Shown here piece after piece: positions 1 to 12,028 of a stretch of 64,000 nucleotides of DNA (positions within the stretch are counted from its first letter, which is position 1; each line of letters starts with the position of its first letter). The translations under genes were made by a program, and so were the position numbers. The DNA comes from Camelus dromedarius (Eukaryota). The notes under the pieces were generated by a model. The model was not told the DNA's origin. It searched no databases and worked only from the letters and a program-made list of their open reading frames with translations. The stretch is from assembly GCF_036321535.1 (NCBI RefSeq), contig NC_087436.1, forward strand, positions 14,756,001 through 14,820,000, in the 5' to 3' direction.

Positions 1-1057
1 ATAACCCTTGCAGACTTCAGACAATACTACAGAGCTACAGTAATCCAAACAGCATGGTGTTGGCACAAAATCAGACACTTATGGCTCAATGGAGCAGAAT
101 GGAGAGCCCAGAAATAAACCCACACACCTATGGTCAATTAATCTGAGAGACAGAGGTAAGAATATACAATAGAGAAAAGACAGTTTCTTCAGCAAACAGG
201 TGTTGGAAAAGCTGAACAGCTGCATGTAAATCAGTGAAGCTAGAGCACCCCCTCACACCACACACAAAAATAAACTCAAAATCGCTTTAAGTCTTAAACA
301 TAATACAAGACACTGTAAACCTCCTAGAAGAAAACACAGGCAAAATATTTCTTGATATAAACCTTAGCAGTGTTCTCCTAGGGCAGTCTACCAAGGCAAT
401 ATAAATAAAGGTAAAAACAAATGGGACCTAATTAAACTTAAAAATTTTTGCACAGCAAGGGAAGCTATAAACAAAACAAAAAGACAACCTATGGAATGGG
501 AGAAAATATTTGCAAATGATGTGACTGACAAGGGTTTAATTTCCAGAATATACAAACAGCTCATACAACTCAATAACAAAAAAAAACAAACAACCCAATT
601 GAAAAATGGACAGAAGACCTAAACAAACGCTTCTCCAGTGAAGGCATACAAATGGCCAATAGGTACATGAAAAATGCTCAGTATTGCTAATTATCAGAGA
701 AATGCAAATCAAAACTACAATGAGATATCCCCTCACACCAGTCAGAATGGCCATTATTCAAAAGTCCACAAACGATAAATGCTGGAGAGGGTGTGGAGAA
801 AAGGAACCCTCTTATGCTGTTGGTGGGAATGTAGTTTGGTGCTGCCACTATGGAAAACAGCATGGAGATTCCTTTAAAAACTGAAAATAGACTTACCATA
901 TGATCCAATAATTCCACTCCTGGGCATATATCTGGAGGAAACGCTAATTCAAAAAGATACATGCACCCAAATATTCACAGCAGCACTATTTACAATAGCT
1001 AAGACATGGAAACAACCTAAGTGTCCATTGACAGATGACTAGATAAAGAAGATGTGG

Positions 1058-1117
<60 letters not shown>

Positions 1118-1589
1118 GAATACTACTCAGCTATATAAAAAATGCCATTTGCAGTAACATGAATGGATCTGGAGATTGTCGTACTAAACAAAGCCAGAAA
1201 GAGAAAGATATCATATCATACCATATGTTATCACTTGTATGTGGAAATCTAAAAAAATGACACAAATGAACTTATTTACAAAACAGAAATAGACTCACAG
1301 ATGTAGGAAACAAACTTATGGTTACCAGGGGAAGGGGAGGGTGGAGGGATAAATTGGGAGTTTGGGAGTTGCAGATACTAACTACTACATATATATTATA
1401 TATATATATATATAATAGATAAACCACAAGGTCCTACTGTATAGCACAGGGAAGTATATTCAATACCTTGTAGTAGCCAATAATGAAAAGAATATGAAAA
1501 GAAATATATGTGTGTATAACTGAACCACTGTGCTGTACACCAGAAATTAACACAACATTGTAAACCGACTGTACTTCAATTAAAAAAAA
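1..1589 (+). mobile_element. LINE-1, 3' part of ORF2 plus 3' UTR and A-tail (young artiodactyl/camelid-type, truncated by the window start)
   Basis: ORF 684-884 reads '[39 protein letters not shown]', the L1 ORF2 C-terminal cysteine-rich region. It carries stops and frameshifts and ends in 'gactgtacttcaattaaaaaaaa'. Confidence 0.95.
1066..1115. repeat. (AC)25 microsatellite inside L1
   Basis: Perfect AC dinucleotide run. Confidence 0.97.
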
Positions 1590-2519
1590 TAGATTGCAGT
1601 AAAATACTGGAAAAAAAATTAATTTTCTCAGTGGCTTTTAAGACATTTGAACCAAGAATCACTTGTTGAAACACTGATGGGGGTGGAGGCAGGGGAATGA
1701 AATAGAAAGAGATGAGACTAAAAGTCCTTTCTCCCAGTTCTATAAATGAATCATTTAAAAAAATTCCCAAAGCAGTAATAGATCTGCCGGTTGGCGTGGG
1801 AACAGCGGTACCCGGCACAAACGAGCTGTTTCCCGGGCTGGTCTGTCAACGCCCAGATTCCTCAATTAATATTTCTGAAAGGCCGCACAGTGTGGCTGAT
1901 GAGGATGCTCCGTTTGCTGTCCTGGGCATCAGTCAGGCAGCTGGTCCATAATATTTTGTAAAAGAAATCAGTCCTGCAGCAGTGGTTGAGCAGAGATAGG
2001 ATGTGCCTTGGACATACAGACGCCAGACATTCAGAGATTTCCAGGACTGATCTGATTCCTATTATTTTTTTCAGTAAGGATGTACCAGCATTTCTGCTCG
2101 GTCCTCATATATACATTGCTAAAAACCCTGAGCTTCACAAAATGGCACACTAAAAAATAATAGGTCATATGGGAAAAATAGAGTTGGGGCAGTCCATAAA
2201 AATCTCTGGAAGTTGGTACCCAGAGCACTAGCAAAAACAATCACAGCCCTAATAAAACACGAGCCTGGGTGTGTGTCTCCTGGCGTTTGCTCTCAGCATC
2301 ACTGGCTGTGAATTCCTCTCAGCCTTCAAGCCCACCCCCAGGGCTCTCCATTCCGTCCTCTAACTGCGGGTCCTGCAGGGTGCTCACTTCCACTGGAGAT
2401 CAGTTCCATCAAAGTTAAAAATCTGATTCAGGGTGAAGAAGTCCTTATTAGTGCCTTTAGGGGAAAATATAATCCAGCTCCTAAATCTAACTCTAGTTTT
2501 TAAGAAACATTGAAGATAG

Positions 2520-2870
2520 ATGGTCATCTTAAATACATGAAGATACAATTAGCCAAATCCAGTGTAAACCTGATTTGAACCAACTGTAAAAATTGTTTTT
2601 CTTTTTTTTTTAAATAGAGAAAAATAAACACTGACTCGTAAGAGGGGATATTTAGGGATTAGTATTCACTTTGTTGGGTGCGATCGTGATATTTTGGTTA
2701 TGTTTTTAAAATCCTAATCTGTTAGATATAAAAATAAAAACAAAACAGGTAAGGTAGATATGTCACAAATGTTAACAGTTGTTAAATCTAAAAGATAAAT
2801 GTGTGAAGTTTTTTTTATACTGTTCTCTTCTTTTTTCTGTTTGATTGAGATTTTTTTTGTAATAAAAAAA
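2520..2870 (+). mobile_element. Old L1M (L1MD/L1ME-like) 3' UTR fragment
   Basis: 'gatatttagggattagtattcactttgttgggtgcgatcgtgatattttggttatgttttt' resembles old L1M 3' ends and is followed by an A-rich tail. Confidence 0.55.
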
Positions 2871-2889
2871 CAGTTTCTCATCTTGTACT

Positions 2890-3795
2890 GCCAGAAAGTA
2901 TGGAAGGGCTCAGACAAACAAAACACAACACAACACTATTAATTATGGGAACAGGCCAACCGAAAGAGCTGCCTGTGGCCGAAATTGGAAAAATTTGAGA
3001 CACACACACAAAAAAAAAGTAGCATTGTAACTGAAAGTATATAATTGAAAGTTTAAAATGAGTGTCTATAAGTCCATATCGATATTTTAAAAATGATCTA
3101 TAAATAAATAAATGGGCGAGGAAAGGCAAATCTTCTGTGTGGAAGAATTCGAGATAATTCTTGTTCTTATGTAGACTCTGTCCTCCAGGAAGTGGAGCAT
3201 AACCCCCCCTCCTTAGTGTGAGCTGCACAGAGTGACTTCCTTCCAAAGAGTGCGGCCCAGAAAGGGGGAACGGAGTAATTTCCAAAAGGAGAAACCTTGA
3301 CACACACAGTGCCGCAGCCTGGTAGTGACGCAGACCTATCACTGTAAGTCATGTGGATAATGTATGCCCTTGATAAACGGTTAAAAAATGGCACTTTCCC
3401 TCTGTGATCTTCCTCCAAAATCCTATAACCACAGCCTAAACATGAGAAAAACATTGCACGAATCCCTGTAGAGGGACATTCTACAAGACCCCTGACCAGT
3501 ACTCTTCAAAACTGTCCAGGTCACCAAAAGCAAGGAAAGTCGAAGAAACTTAGCCTAAGAGACTCGATGACTAAATGAACTGTGGGCTCCTGGAAAGGGA
3601 AGTAGATAGGGAAACCTGCACCAAGGACAGACTTGAGTTAGTAAGACTGTATCCATATGGGTTCATTAACTGTGACAAATATACCATACTGATTTAAGAC
3701 GTGATTAAGATGTGCAGGGTAGATGGGAACTCTACTATCTTCACAATTATTCTATAAATCAAAAACTGTTCTAAAAAATAGTTTACTTTTAAAAA
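2890..3795 (+). mobile_element. L1MC3/L1MC4-like 3' UTR
   Basis: Typical L1MC segments: 'atggcactttccctctgtgatcttcctccaaaa', 'gagggacattctacaagacccctgaccagtactcttcaaaactgtc', 'ggttcattaactgtgacaaatataccata', ending 'aaaactgttctaaaaaata'. Confidence 0.8.
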
Positions 3796-4044
3796 TAGGG
3801 GCAGATGAATTAGTAAGATATAATTGGTCCCTTAATTATATTTTGATTTTAAAAAATGTCCCAAAGCACTAGGACAGTTAAAGGGATTCAGACCAGTGGA
3901 CCAGTGGACCAACTGAAGCAGGATGGGACCCCCATCTTCTCACCTCCACTCAATTTTATCTATTCCCAGCCCCTCCTACACTTGCAACCTCAGCATCTCT
4001 GGAAATGCCCTCTGTTCACTCCTACATTCTTTTACCACTGATTT

Positions 4045-5520
4045 CTTTATTGTTGATTTGTTTTTTATCACCATATAATTCATACACAAAGAAGTTCATC
4101 CTTTTAAAATGTACAATTCAGTTGTTCTTAATGCATTCACAGAGTTACACAACCATCACCACTGTCTAATTTTAAAACATTTTCTCACTCCGAAAAGAAA
4201 TCCCATACCCATTAGCAGTCACTCCCTCCAGCCCTCACCCCTTGGCAACTACTAAGCCACTTTCTGTCTCCATGGATTTGACTGTCCCGAACATTTCATA
4301 AACACGGACTCATACAATATATGATCTTCCTTGACTGGCTTCTTTTACCTAGCATAAAGTTTTCAAAGTCCATGCATGTTGTCATATGTAGGTATCAGCA
4401 CTCCGTTCCTTTATGGCTGAATAATAGCCATTGTATGGATAGACCACATTCTGTGTATCCATTCATCAGCTGTTGGATGTTTGGGATGTTGGGCTATTGT
4501 GAATAATGTTACTATGAGCATTTGTGTGCGAGTTACGTATAAACATATGTTTTCTTTTCTCTTGGGTATATACCTAAGTATGGAATTACTCGTCCATATG
4601 GTAACTCTAAGTTTAACTTTTTGAGAAACTGCCAAACTGTTTTCCAAAGTGCTTGCCTTATTTTATCAGCCCACCAGGAACGTATCAGGGATCAAGTGTC
4701 TCCTCACCCACACTTGTATTGTCTGTCTTTTTTATTTTAGCCATCCTAGTGGGTATGAATCAAATTGTGATTCTGATTTGCATTTCCTTAATAACTGTTG
4801 ATATTGAATACCTTTCCTCTTTTTTTCCAGCTTTATTGTGGTATAATTGATAAATAAAATTTTTATGTTTGTAACATGTACAACTTGATGTTTTGGTGTA
4901 TGTGTACATTGTGAAATAATAGCCACAATCAAGCTGATGAGCATATCCATCATAGTAGATGTTGAGTACTTTTTCATGTTCATCTTCTTTATAAAGATGT
5001 CTACTCAAATCCTTTGCACATTTAAAGATTGTATTATTGTTTTTTTATTGACGAATGATAAGAGTTCTTTATATATGCTGGATATAAATCCTTTATCAGA
5101 TACACAATTTGCAAATATTTTCTCCAATTCCATGGGTTGTCTTTTTACTATTTTAATGGTGTCCTTTCAAGCACAGAAGTTTTAATTTTGATGAGGTTCA
5201 ATTTACTTATTTATTTATTCAGTCTCTTTTGCTGTCTATGTGTTATCTAAGAAATCATTGCTTAACCCAAGGTCATGAAGTTATGCTTATGTGTTCTACT
5301 CAGCATTTTATAGTTTTGGTTCTTACATTTAGGTCTATGATCTATTTTAAGTTAAATACATTTTTATGTATGGTGTGAGTTAGGAATCCAACTTCATTCT
5401 TTTGCGTGTGGCTATCAAGTTGCCCCCAGCAGAATTTATTAAAAGGACTATTCTTTTTCCTATTGAATTATCTTGCCAGTGTTGATGATCAACTGACTAT
5501 AAATGTGAAGGTTTATTTCT
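4045..5520 (-). mobile_element. L1MB-like LINE (3' UTR and ORF2 end), interrupted by a nested L1 fragment
   Basis: Antisense L1MB 3' end 'aaaatgtacaattcagttg...cacaaccatcaccactgtctaatttt', then antisense ORF2 'gatataaatcctttatcagatacacaatttgcaaatattttctcc'. Confidence 0.85.
4817..4957 (-). mobile_element. Short L1MA-like 3' end nested in the L1MB element
   Basis: T-tract, then 'cagctttattgtggtataattgataaataaaa...cacaatcaagctgatgagcatatccatca'. Flanked by a degenerate direct repeat at 4800-4816 and 4958-4975. Confidence 0.7.
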
Positions 5521-5530
5521 ACTTCCTTGG

Positions 5531-6022
5531 GTTTTTTAAAATATTGAAGTATAGTTGATTTATAGTGTTGTGTTAATTTCAGGTGTACAGCATAGTGATT
5601 CAGTTTTTTTATATATATATGTGTGTGTGTGTGTGTATATATATATGTACATATATATACACACATACACACACATATATTCTTTCTCAGATTCTTTCTC
5701 ATTATAGGTTATTACAAGATACTGAGTATAGTTCCCTGGGCCATATAGTAGGTCCTTGTTGTTTATTTTCTATGTAGTAGTATGTATCTGTTAATCCCAA
5801 ACTCCTAATTTATCCCTTCCCCCATTTCCCCTTTGGTAACCGTAAATTTGTTTTCTATGTCTGCAAGTTTATTTCTGTTTTGTAACTAAGGTCATTTGTA
5901 TTACTTTTTAAATTCCGCATATAAGTGATACCATATGACTTTTGTCTTTCTCTGTCTGACTTACTTCACTATGATAATCTCTAGGTCCATCCGTGTTGCG
6001 ACAGATGGCATTATTTCATTCT
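5531..6022 (-). mobile_element. Young L1 3' end, 5'-truncated
   Basis: Reverse complement of the same 3' UTR as 1100-1589 ('attgaagtatagttgatttatagtgttgtgttaatttcaggtgtacagc'). Possible TSD 'tacttcctt' at 5520-5528 and 6023-6031. Confidence 0.92.
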
Positions 6023-6261
6023 TACTTCCTTCTTTTTTTAAAATAACTATTACTTTCTTGCTATAAAAGAAATACCTGTTTATTGCAAAAGTTTTGGAAA
6101 ATATGACAAACAACAAAAGAGAATATATTTAAAACATGCTGTTATCTCATCATCTAGAGCAAATCAGATTTTTGAAGCCTGATTTCAAAATACTTTTGAA
6201 GAATTTTTTCTTGTAAATGAAAAACCTGGGTCAGTGGGTAGAGGTGTTGAGACCGGCTGTA

Positions 6262-6315
6262 CATCCTAAAAGCTCCATGGTTGATTCTGATGTGCAGCCA
6301 GAATTGAGACCCATG
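6262..6315. mobile_element. MER5-like hAT-Charlie MITE end fragment
   Basis: 'aaaagctccatggttgattctgatgtgcagccagaattgagacc' resembles the MER5 terminus. Confidence 0.55.
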
Positions 6316-6711
6316 CTGATAAAGGGCTGTGCAGAGGTGCTCAGGTGAGCTCTGGAGATAAGGGCTGTGTAAGCATCCGGGGGAGTAAGCCACCGGGGAG
6401 GGCAGCCCAGCAGCCCAGCTGTTAGGGGAGCCAGGGTGTGTGAAGTGTTGGGTCCCCTTCACCCGCATGCATACCCTCCAGCTCCTGTCAATCTTAGGAA
6501 AGCATATCCATGCTGCTGCTACTCGGGTGACCCACCAGACTCGGGATTCAGCCTCCCTCTGTCTGCACCACTACTGCTTCTGCCTCTGTTTTGATTTCTT
6601 CTTAACGTCTCTCTTTTCCTAGGTCTCAGATTCACAACCCTCCAAGAGAGGATCTAGTTGGTGTTTCACAGTTCAACATGGAGAAATATGGAATCCTCAG
6701 TCTAGGTCACT

Positions 6712-6845
6712 GGAGGGGACCATATAATTTGTCATTCAGGTTGGGACCCTCTTGAGAGTGAACACGAGGGCTGATCATAATTGAGCTGGAGCCGCAGGTA
6801 CAAACTAAGACTGTGCCGGGCAGACTGGGACGTATGGTCACTCTA
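6712..6845. mobile_element. MER94-like hAT-Blackjack MITE
   Basis: About 134 bp with terminal inverted repeats 'ggggaccatata...' and '...cgtatggtcactcta', and internal 'cttgagagtgaa' and 'gactgtgccgggcagactgggacg'. Confidence 0.7.
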
Positions 6846-6985
6846 CTTATAGGCTACTGATCTGCCTTAGATTTGCTCTAGCATTTTCCAGATGTGCTGT
6901 GTGTGAAACACTACGTAACATATCCTCCCTCTTTCCACCTCTTTCTTGGTGGTTTATGGTGTGCATTAGAATATTAAAGGCCGGT

Positions 6986-7075
6986 GGGGGAGGGTACAGC
7001 TCAGTGGTAGAGCGTGTGCTTCGCATGCGTCAAGGTCCAGGGTTCAATCCCCAGTACCTCTATTAAAAAAAAAAA
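6986..7075 (+). mobile_element. tRNA-derived SINE (camelid Vic-1-like), short form
   Basis: A-box 'agctcagtggtagag', B-box 'ggttcaatccc', A-tail. TSD agaatattaaaggccg (6968-6983) / ggagtattaaaggctg (7076-7091). Confidence 0.92.
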
Positions 7076-7199
7076 GGAGTATTAAAGGCTGAAAAGAAGT
7101 CAGATTAACATTTTCCATGTTTATTTGATTACTTTTCTTTATGTAATTTGTGTTTGGTGGACTCCATTTCAGTGTGGATTCTTCCTTTTACCTCTGGTG

Positions 7200-7720
7200 A
7201 CCTGGCTCTAGCCAACTGGGGCATCCCATCTCATCCCCTTGAATTCAGTGATTGGGTCAGGGATGGTCATGTGATAAAACTTGGGCAAATGAAGGCCTTG
7301 ATCCCAGAACTTGCACAGAAGCTACCGAAGGTTTTCTCTCTCCTCCTCTGGAAGTTAGGAGGTAAAGATGAAACTCCTGCAGCCATAAAGTGAAGATAAA
7401 CCTATGCCATCAGCTCCCTGGAAGGTAGAGAAGAAAGCCTCTGTGTCCTGCTCAATCTAAGGGGTAATGAAATGAGGGGGCAACTCCAGCCGCCTCCCAG
7501 CAGAGACTGAAACACACCAATTACCCTTGTCAGTGACCAACTCAGAGGCCATTCATGAGGGAGACTGGGGAGAGAGATAAATACGGCCCTAGAAAGAAAC
7601 CAGGTGACATCATTGAACTACTGATGTTTTCTCAGCTGAATCCAGCCCTGACTTGGGTTATTAGCCAATTAAATACCTTTGTTCCTAAACTTGTTTGGTT
7701 TGGGTTCTCTTTCACCAACA
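7200..7720 (+). mobile_element. MaLR (MLT1-type) solo LTR, degraded
   Basis: 'cagtgattgggtcagggatggtcatgtga' and the terminal 'gtttggtttgggttctctttcacc' are typical of old MLT1 LTRs. Confidence 0.6.
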
Positions 7721-7929
7721 GTTTTTAAAAAGGCCAGCAGGGGAAAAGTGATTTTTGTCTTAGTTTTCTAGACCACAGACCTCTGGACCAGGGCAGAAGG
7801 AGGTGTCACATGTCACGAATGCAAGCGGCTGTTGATGACGACTTGCTCAGGAGAGGGCTGTGGTCCCAGCAGGCTGGCTGTACTCAGTAATTTATTTGAC
7901 AATTTACCACGAACGATTTCCTATGTAAC

Positions 7930-8370
7930 CAAATAGACGTCTGTAACACAATTTATAATCACTGCACAGTATTCCGTTATATACATTTATTACCCATTTA
8001 CTTAATCAATCCCCTATTGTCATTCCTTTAAAAATAATATAAATAAAGCTATAATAACAAACATCCTGAGCATAATTGTTCATGTCCATCTCTGATTTAT
8101 TCTCTTAAGTTAATCACCGGAAGTGGAATTGCTAGGTCAAGTGGTACGCTGTGGTCTGAAAACTTTTTATAACTTTGCCAATTGCCCTCCTGGAACATTT
8201 CATTAATTTACACACCCCATACCAGTACATGAGAGGATGGATGCCCAAGACTCCACATGTGGTCCTTTAAAAATCTTTGTCAATTGATAGATTGGAGATA
8301 AGCTCCTACTGTTCTAATGCGCTGTCAGTTTTGATGGCCATCATTGACTTGTATAGGTGATCTCTAGTCC
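7930..8370 (-). mobile_element. Old L1ME-like fragment
   Basis: 'ttacttaatcaatcccctattg', 'ggaagtggaattgctaggtcaa', 'tgccaattgccctcc' match antisense L1 ORF2 end/3' UTR. Confidence 0.65.
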
Positions 8371-10063
8371 AAGAATTAGGAAAGGTCACAAAGAATGCTG
8401 ACAATACCCGGGGGAAGGTGAGCCCAACCGTGAAGCCTGCAGTGTGTGAGAGGCACCTGCGGGCTGAAGAGGTGAGTCACGTAGCAGCATCGTCTCCCAG
8501 GGGTCTGGAGCCGGGCCTGGACGTGCAAGGGAAGAGCCAAAGAGAGAAGGGCAGGACCCGGAGGAAGGGGAGACTTCACAGCATTGGGAATAATTCCTCT
8601 TTACAGGGAGCTGCGGAGAGGACAGGAGAGGAGGAGAGAAAGAAGAGGAAAAGAAACTCAGTCCTTTCCGGAGAGGAGAGAGCCAGGGCTTGCTTCAGCA
8701 GTCGTGGGAATCCAGTCGCCAGGCTCCTCATCCCATGTCCCTGGAGGAAGGTGAGGGCCCTGTGGCCCCGGGGTGAGGACACAGGGCGATCCTGGAGTAC
8801 AGAAGGTGTCTCTCGCCCACTGCACCCCTGCCCTCCGTTAATTGAACGCTCCGCACCTGCCTCTTCTTTCTCCTGGATTAAAGATCAGTTCTGATTTCAG
8901 AAATAAAATTGTATGCATTTTTCTTCGAATCAGCCGACACCCATTTCCTCAGACTTCCCTGGATGGCAGCCCCTCTTCCCTATTTGAATTTTTCTCTCTT
9001 GTCACCATTTGCCTGTGGATTTGGGCTGCTGTACACACACTGCACCCCAGAGACATTGGGACCTAAGATTGGTTTTAAAAACATGCTTTTTTTTTTAACT
9101 GCAAAATACACACAAGAGCAAGGAATAAATAAAGACCACACCTAATTCCACCACCAGAAATGGCAACAACATGATATTCCACATGCTTGGTGGCTTGCTT
9201 TGGCTACATACATACACAATCTTCTCAAATGCCATTTCTAAAGAAAACTTCTTCCCAAGCCCTCCCTCTTCCCTTCCCCGTCCTTTACCCATTTGCTCCA
9301 AATAAAATGTGCGCAGCAGATTCATGAGCTTATTGGAGAAAGAGAGAACACGATTGCTTTAGAAATTCTCTGTGATAAACCGGAAGGAAATGATCACCTT
9401 AACATAGACATTTCTTTTGTACAAATACGACCTGTCTGATGGCCCCTGCTTCTTAAGCTTCTGGGAGGTTTTTGTGAAAGATTTTTTATCTTTCTTTAAT
9501 AAGTGGAAAATAAGACCCAAGCTGGGGAGTCCAGAGGCCAAGCCCTCCCTGGGAGAATGAGATGCTCACAGGCGCAGAGAGCCAGGTGGTCTCCCCTCCG
9601 CCAGCAGCGAGCAGGGCGGTTTCCGGACAGGCTCAGGGGGTCTCCACCAGGCGCAACTTTGTAGTCCAGACCCAGGACTGGTTCTGGTAACTTCTTTGGC
9701 GCCCTCTAGCCTCCTGGGTGCGAGAGGTGTTTAAGTGCAAGTTTACTAGTGACGCCCTGAGGATGGAGGGCCTCATCCCAGCTAGAGTGGCCGTGAGAAC
9801 CGCTCTGTCTCAGGGCACCCCACCTCCTGCCCCGGGTGGCTCACAGGCTCCTGCCCAAAGGTATTCTCTACTTAGTAGACGAGCTCTGGGTCCAACTCGG
9901 TCATTTGAAGCCTGGGAATTTGGGAGAGGTGGAGTCCTGGAACTTCAGTTGGCTCATCTCATTTGATGAGATTTCTTTAAAAAGAACAATAAAGCTGTTA
10001 TCCTGACAAAACAAACGTAGTTTTTACTCAGATGCTTTAGTGGCCTCTTTAAGAAGACTTCAG

Positions 10064-10220
10064 AGCGGTGTTTCTCAAAGTGTGGTCCCAGACTAGCAGC
10101 ATCAAATTGCCAGACGGACAAATCCTGGCCCCTCAGACCTTCTGAGTCTGAAAATCAGAGTGTGCTGGGTGGCCAGCAGCCTGCGACTCTGGTGTCTGTT
10201 AAGGACTGAGAACCATTGCT
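10064..10220. mobile_element. MER5A-like hAT-Charlie MITE
   Basis: Termini 'gcggtgtttctcaaagtgtggtccc...agcagcatca' and 'tgagaaccattg'. Confidence 0.75.
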
Positions 10221-10277
10221 CAGAAAATACACACACAGGTGGATGTGACTAAGAGTGACTGAAAGCAAAAAGCATTC

Positions 10278-10500
10278 TTTTTTTTAATTTTATTTTTTAT
10301 TGAAGTGTAGTTGATTTATAATGCTAGTTTCAGGTGTATATAGCAAAGTGATTCACTTATTCATATACATATATATACTTTGTTTTCATTTTTTTTTTCA
10401 TTACAGGCTATTACAAGGTATTGAATCTAGTTCCCTGTGCTGTACAGTAGGTCCTTGTCGGTTATCTATTTTATGTATAGTAGTGTGTATCTGTTCATCA
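10278..10500 (-). mobile_element. Young L1 3' end, strongly 5'-truncated
   Basis: T-tail, then 'tattgaagtgtagttgatttataatg'. TSD caaaaagcattc (10266-10277) / caaaaagctttc (10501-10512). Confidence 0.92.
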
Positions 10501-11904
10501 CAAAAAGCTTTCTGATGGCACTCCATTTGGGGAAGACTTGGGAGAAGAACTCTGCTGACCCCTCCCGTCCCCAGAGACCCAAGCGCACAGGGTACAAAGG
10601 CCAGAGCAAGTGGCAGCTTTAATAGGTTTATCTTGCAAAACACGTCCTTGCCCAGACTCTTGGTCCCGCCTCCCTCTCTCTCCCAGTTCCCCGTTCTTCT
10701 CCCATCCCTCTCCTCCCGCCCTGACATTTTCTTCTCTTGTCCTGGAGTTCCCTGTCACAACTTAAAAATGCCCCCTTTCGGGACCGGCTCCCCCTCCAGG
10801 AGGCCATCCCTGAACCTTCCCAGCAGGAAGACCCGTTCCCTTGGCTCAACTCCCACGACATTCTGTCCAATTCCTGTTCCAAGCCCCTGGGGCACCAGGA
10901 AAGGAGATCTGGTTGGGAGTCACCCTTGCCGCCTGCCCCGTGGTGCCTGCATGGAATGGACAGCCCCCGTGAGCAGTGCCTTGATTACTGGAGCAGCGAA
11001 TAAGAAATCACAGCGAAGAGGGTTGGGGAGGACTCTCAGGGAGGGAGAAAGAAAAAGAACAAAAATCAATCAGCATCTAAATGGTGACGTGACTGACCAA
11101 GACAAATCGGCCCCCTAGTTTCCAGTTTAAAGACTGATTATCACCTTAATGTTAAATTTTTATTTAAATGAGCCTATTTCTTCACAGTGGGTATTCAATA
11201 AAATACCCCTCCGGACCAGCACGTTAGGAGAAAAGAACAGAGTCTCAGTGAAGAGGGGCATCGCTAACGGTGAACCCTCCCAACTGCATCCGTGCAAATC
11301 CCTCTTCAAGGCTCACGTCCCTCGTCTCCAACGCTCATCCCTGTGCTTTTTTGTTTTATTGGTATTTTTCTCTGCTACTGGTGCAGGTGGCTCCTTTGTG
11401 TGATTGATTAACAGCGAGTCCTTTAATTTTCTGCCGCCTGACCTTGTGCGTCCTTATTTCCCCAGCCTTCTTGGACACTTTTACATTTCATTTCAGGAAA
11501 GTAACTGTTGAAAGACAGCCCCTGAACCCCACAAATCTAGAACAACCTTCCTTCTTGTAGGCTCTGCCTCACTCCCCTGTTTTGTCTCCCCCGATCTGCT
11601 GAACTTAGTTCAACGCCAGAACATCCACAATGTCTCACGCAGACTTGTCGGGAGGCACGACCTCAGAGAGCTGGTTCAGTGCTCAATGAGCAGATGCTGG
11701 ATGGTTCCATCCTTCCGGTCCAGCCCGATCTCAGCTGCCCTGGATCCCAGGCTCTGTGAGAACCATGCATTCAAATCGTAGTTCCTCCCACCGGAGCAGG
11801 TGGGGACCAGAACAGCTATGCTTCTAGATGCCCGTGGACCTAGGCGGTCCACGAGCGCCTCCCTGACCTGGGTGGGTCCCACCTGAGCATTTGCGGGCTG
11901 TGGG

Positions 11905-12028
11905 CCACTGACTTGCAGCTTTACCTCCCTCCTGGGGTGGTTGTGAGGATTAAACGAGAAGAGCACAGGGAGTGCTTGGCACAGTGTCCAATACCTAGTA
12001 AGGGCTCGATAAAAGATAGCTTTTAGCT
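11905..12028 (+). mobile_element. MIR SINE 3' part
   Basis: 'ggttgtgaggattaaacgaga...gtgcttggcacagtgtcc...tagtaagggctcgataaa'. Confidence 0.8.

Noticed and set aside
388..962. Several overlapping 60-90 aa ORFs on both strands
   Set aside because: They are sense and antisense readings of decayed L1 ORF2, not host genes. The same applies at 4321-5185 and 41326-42188.
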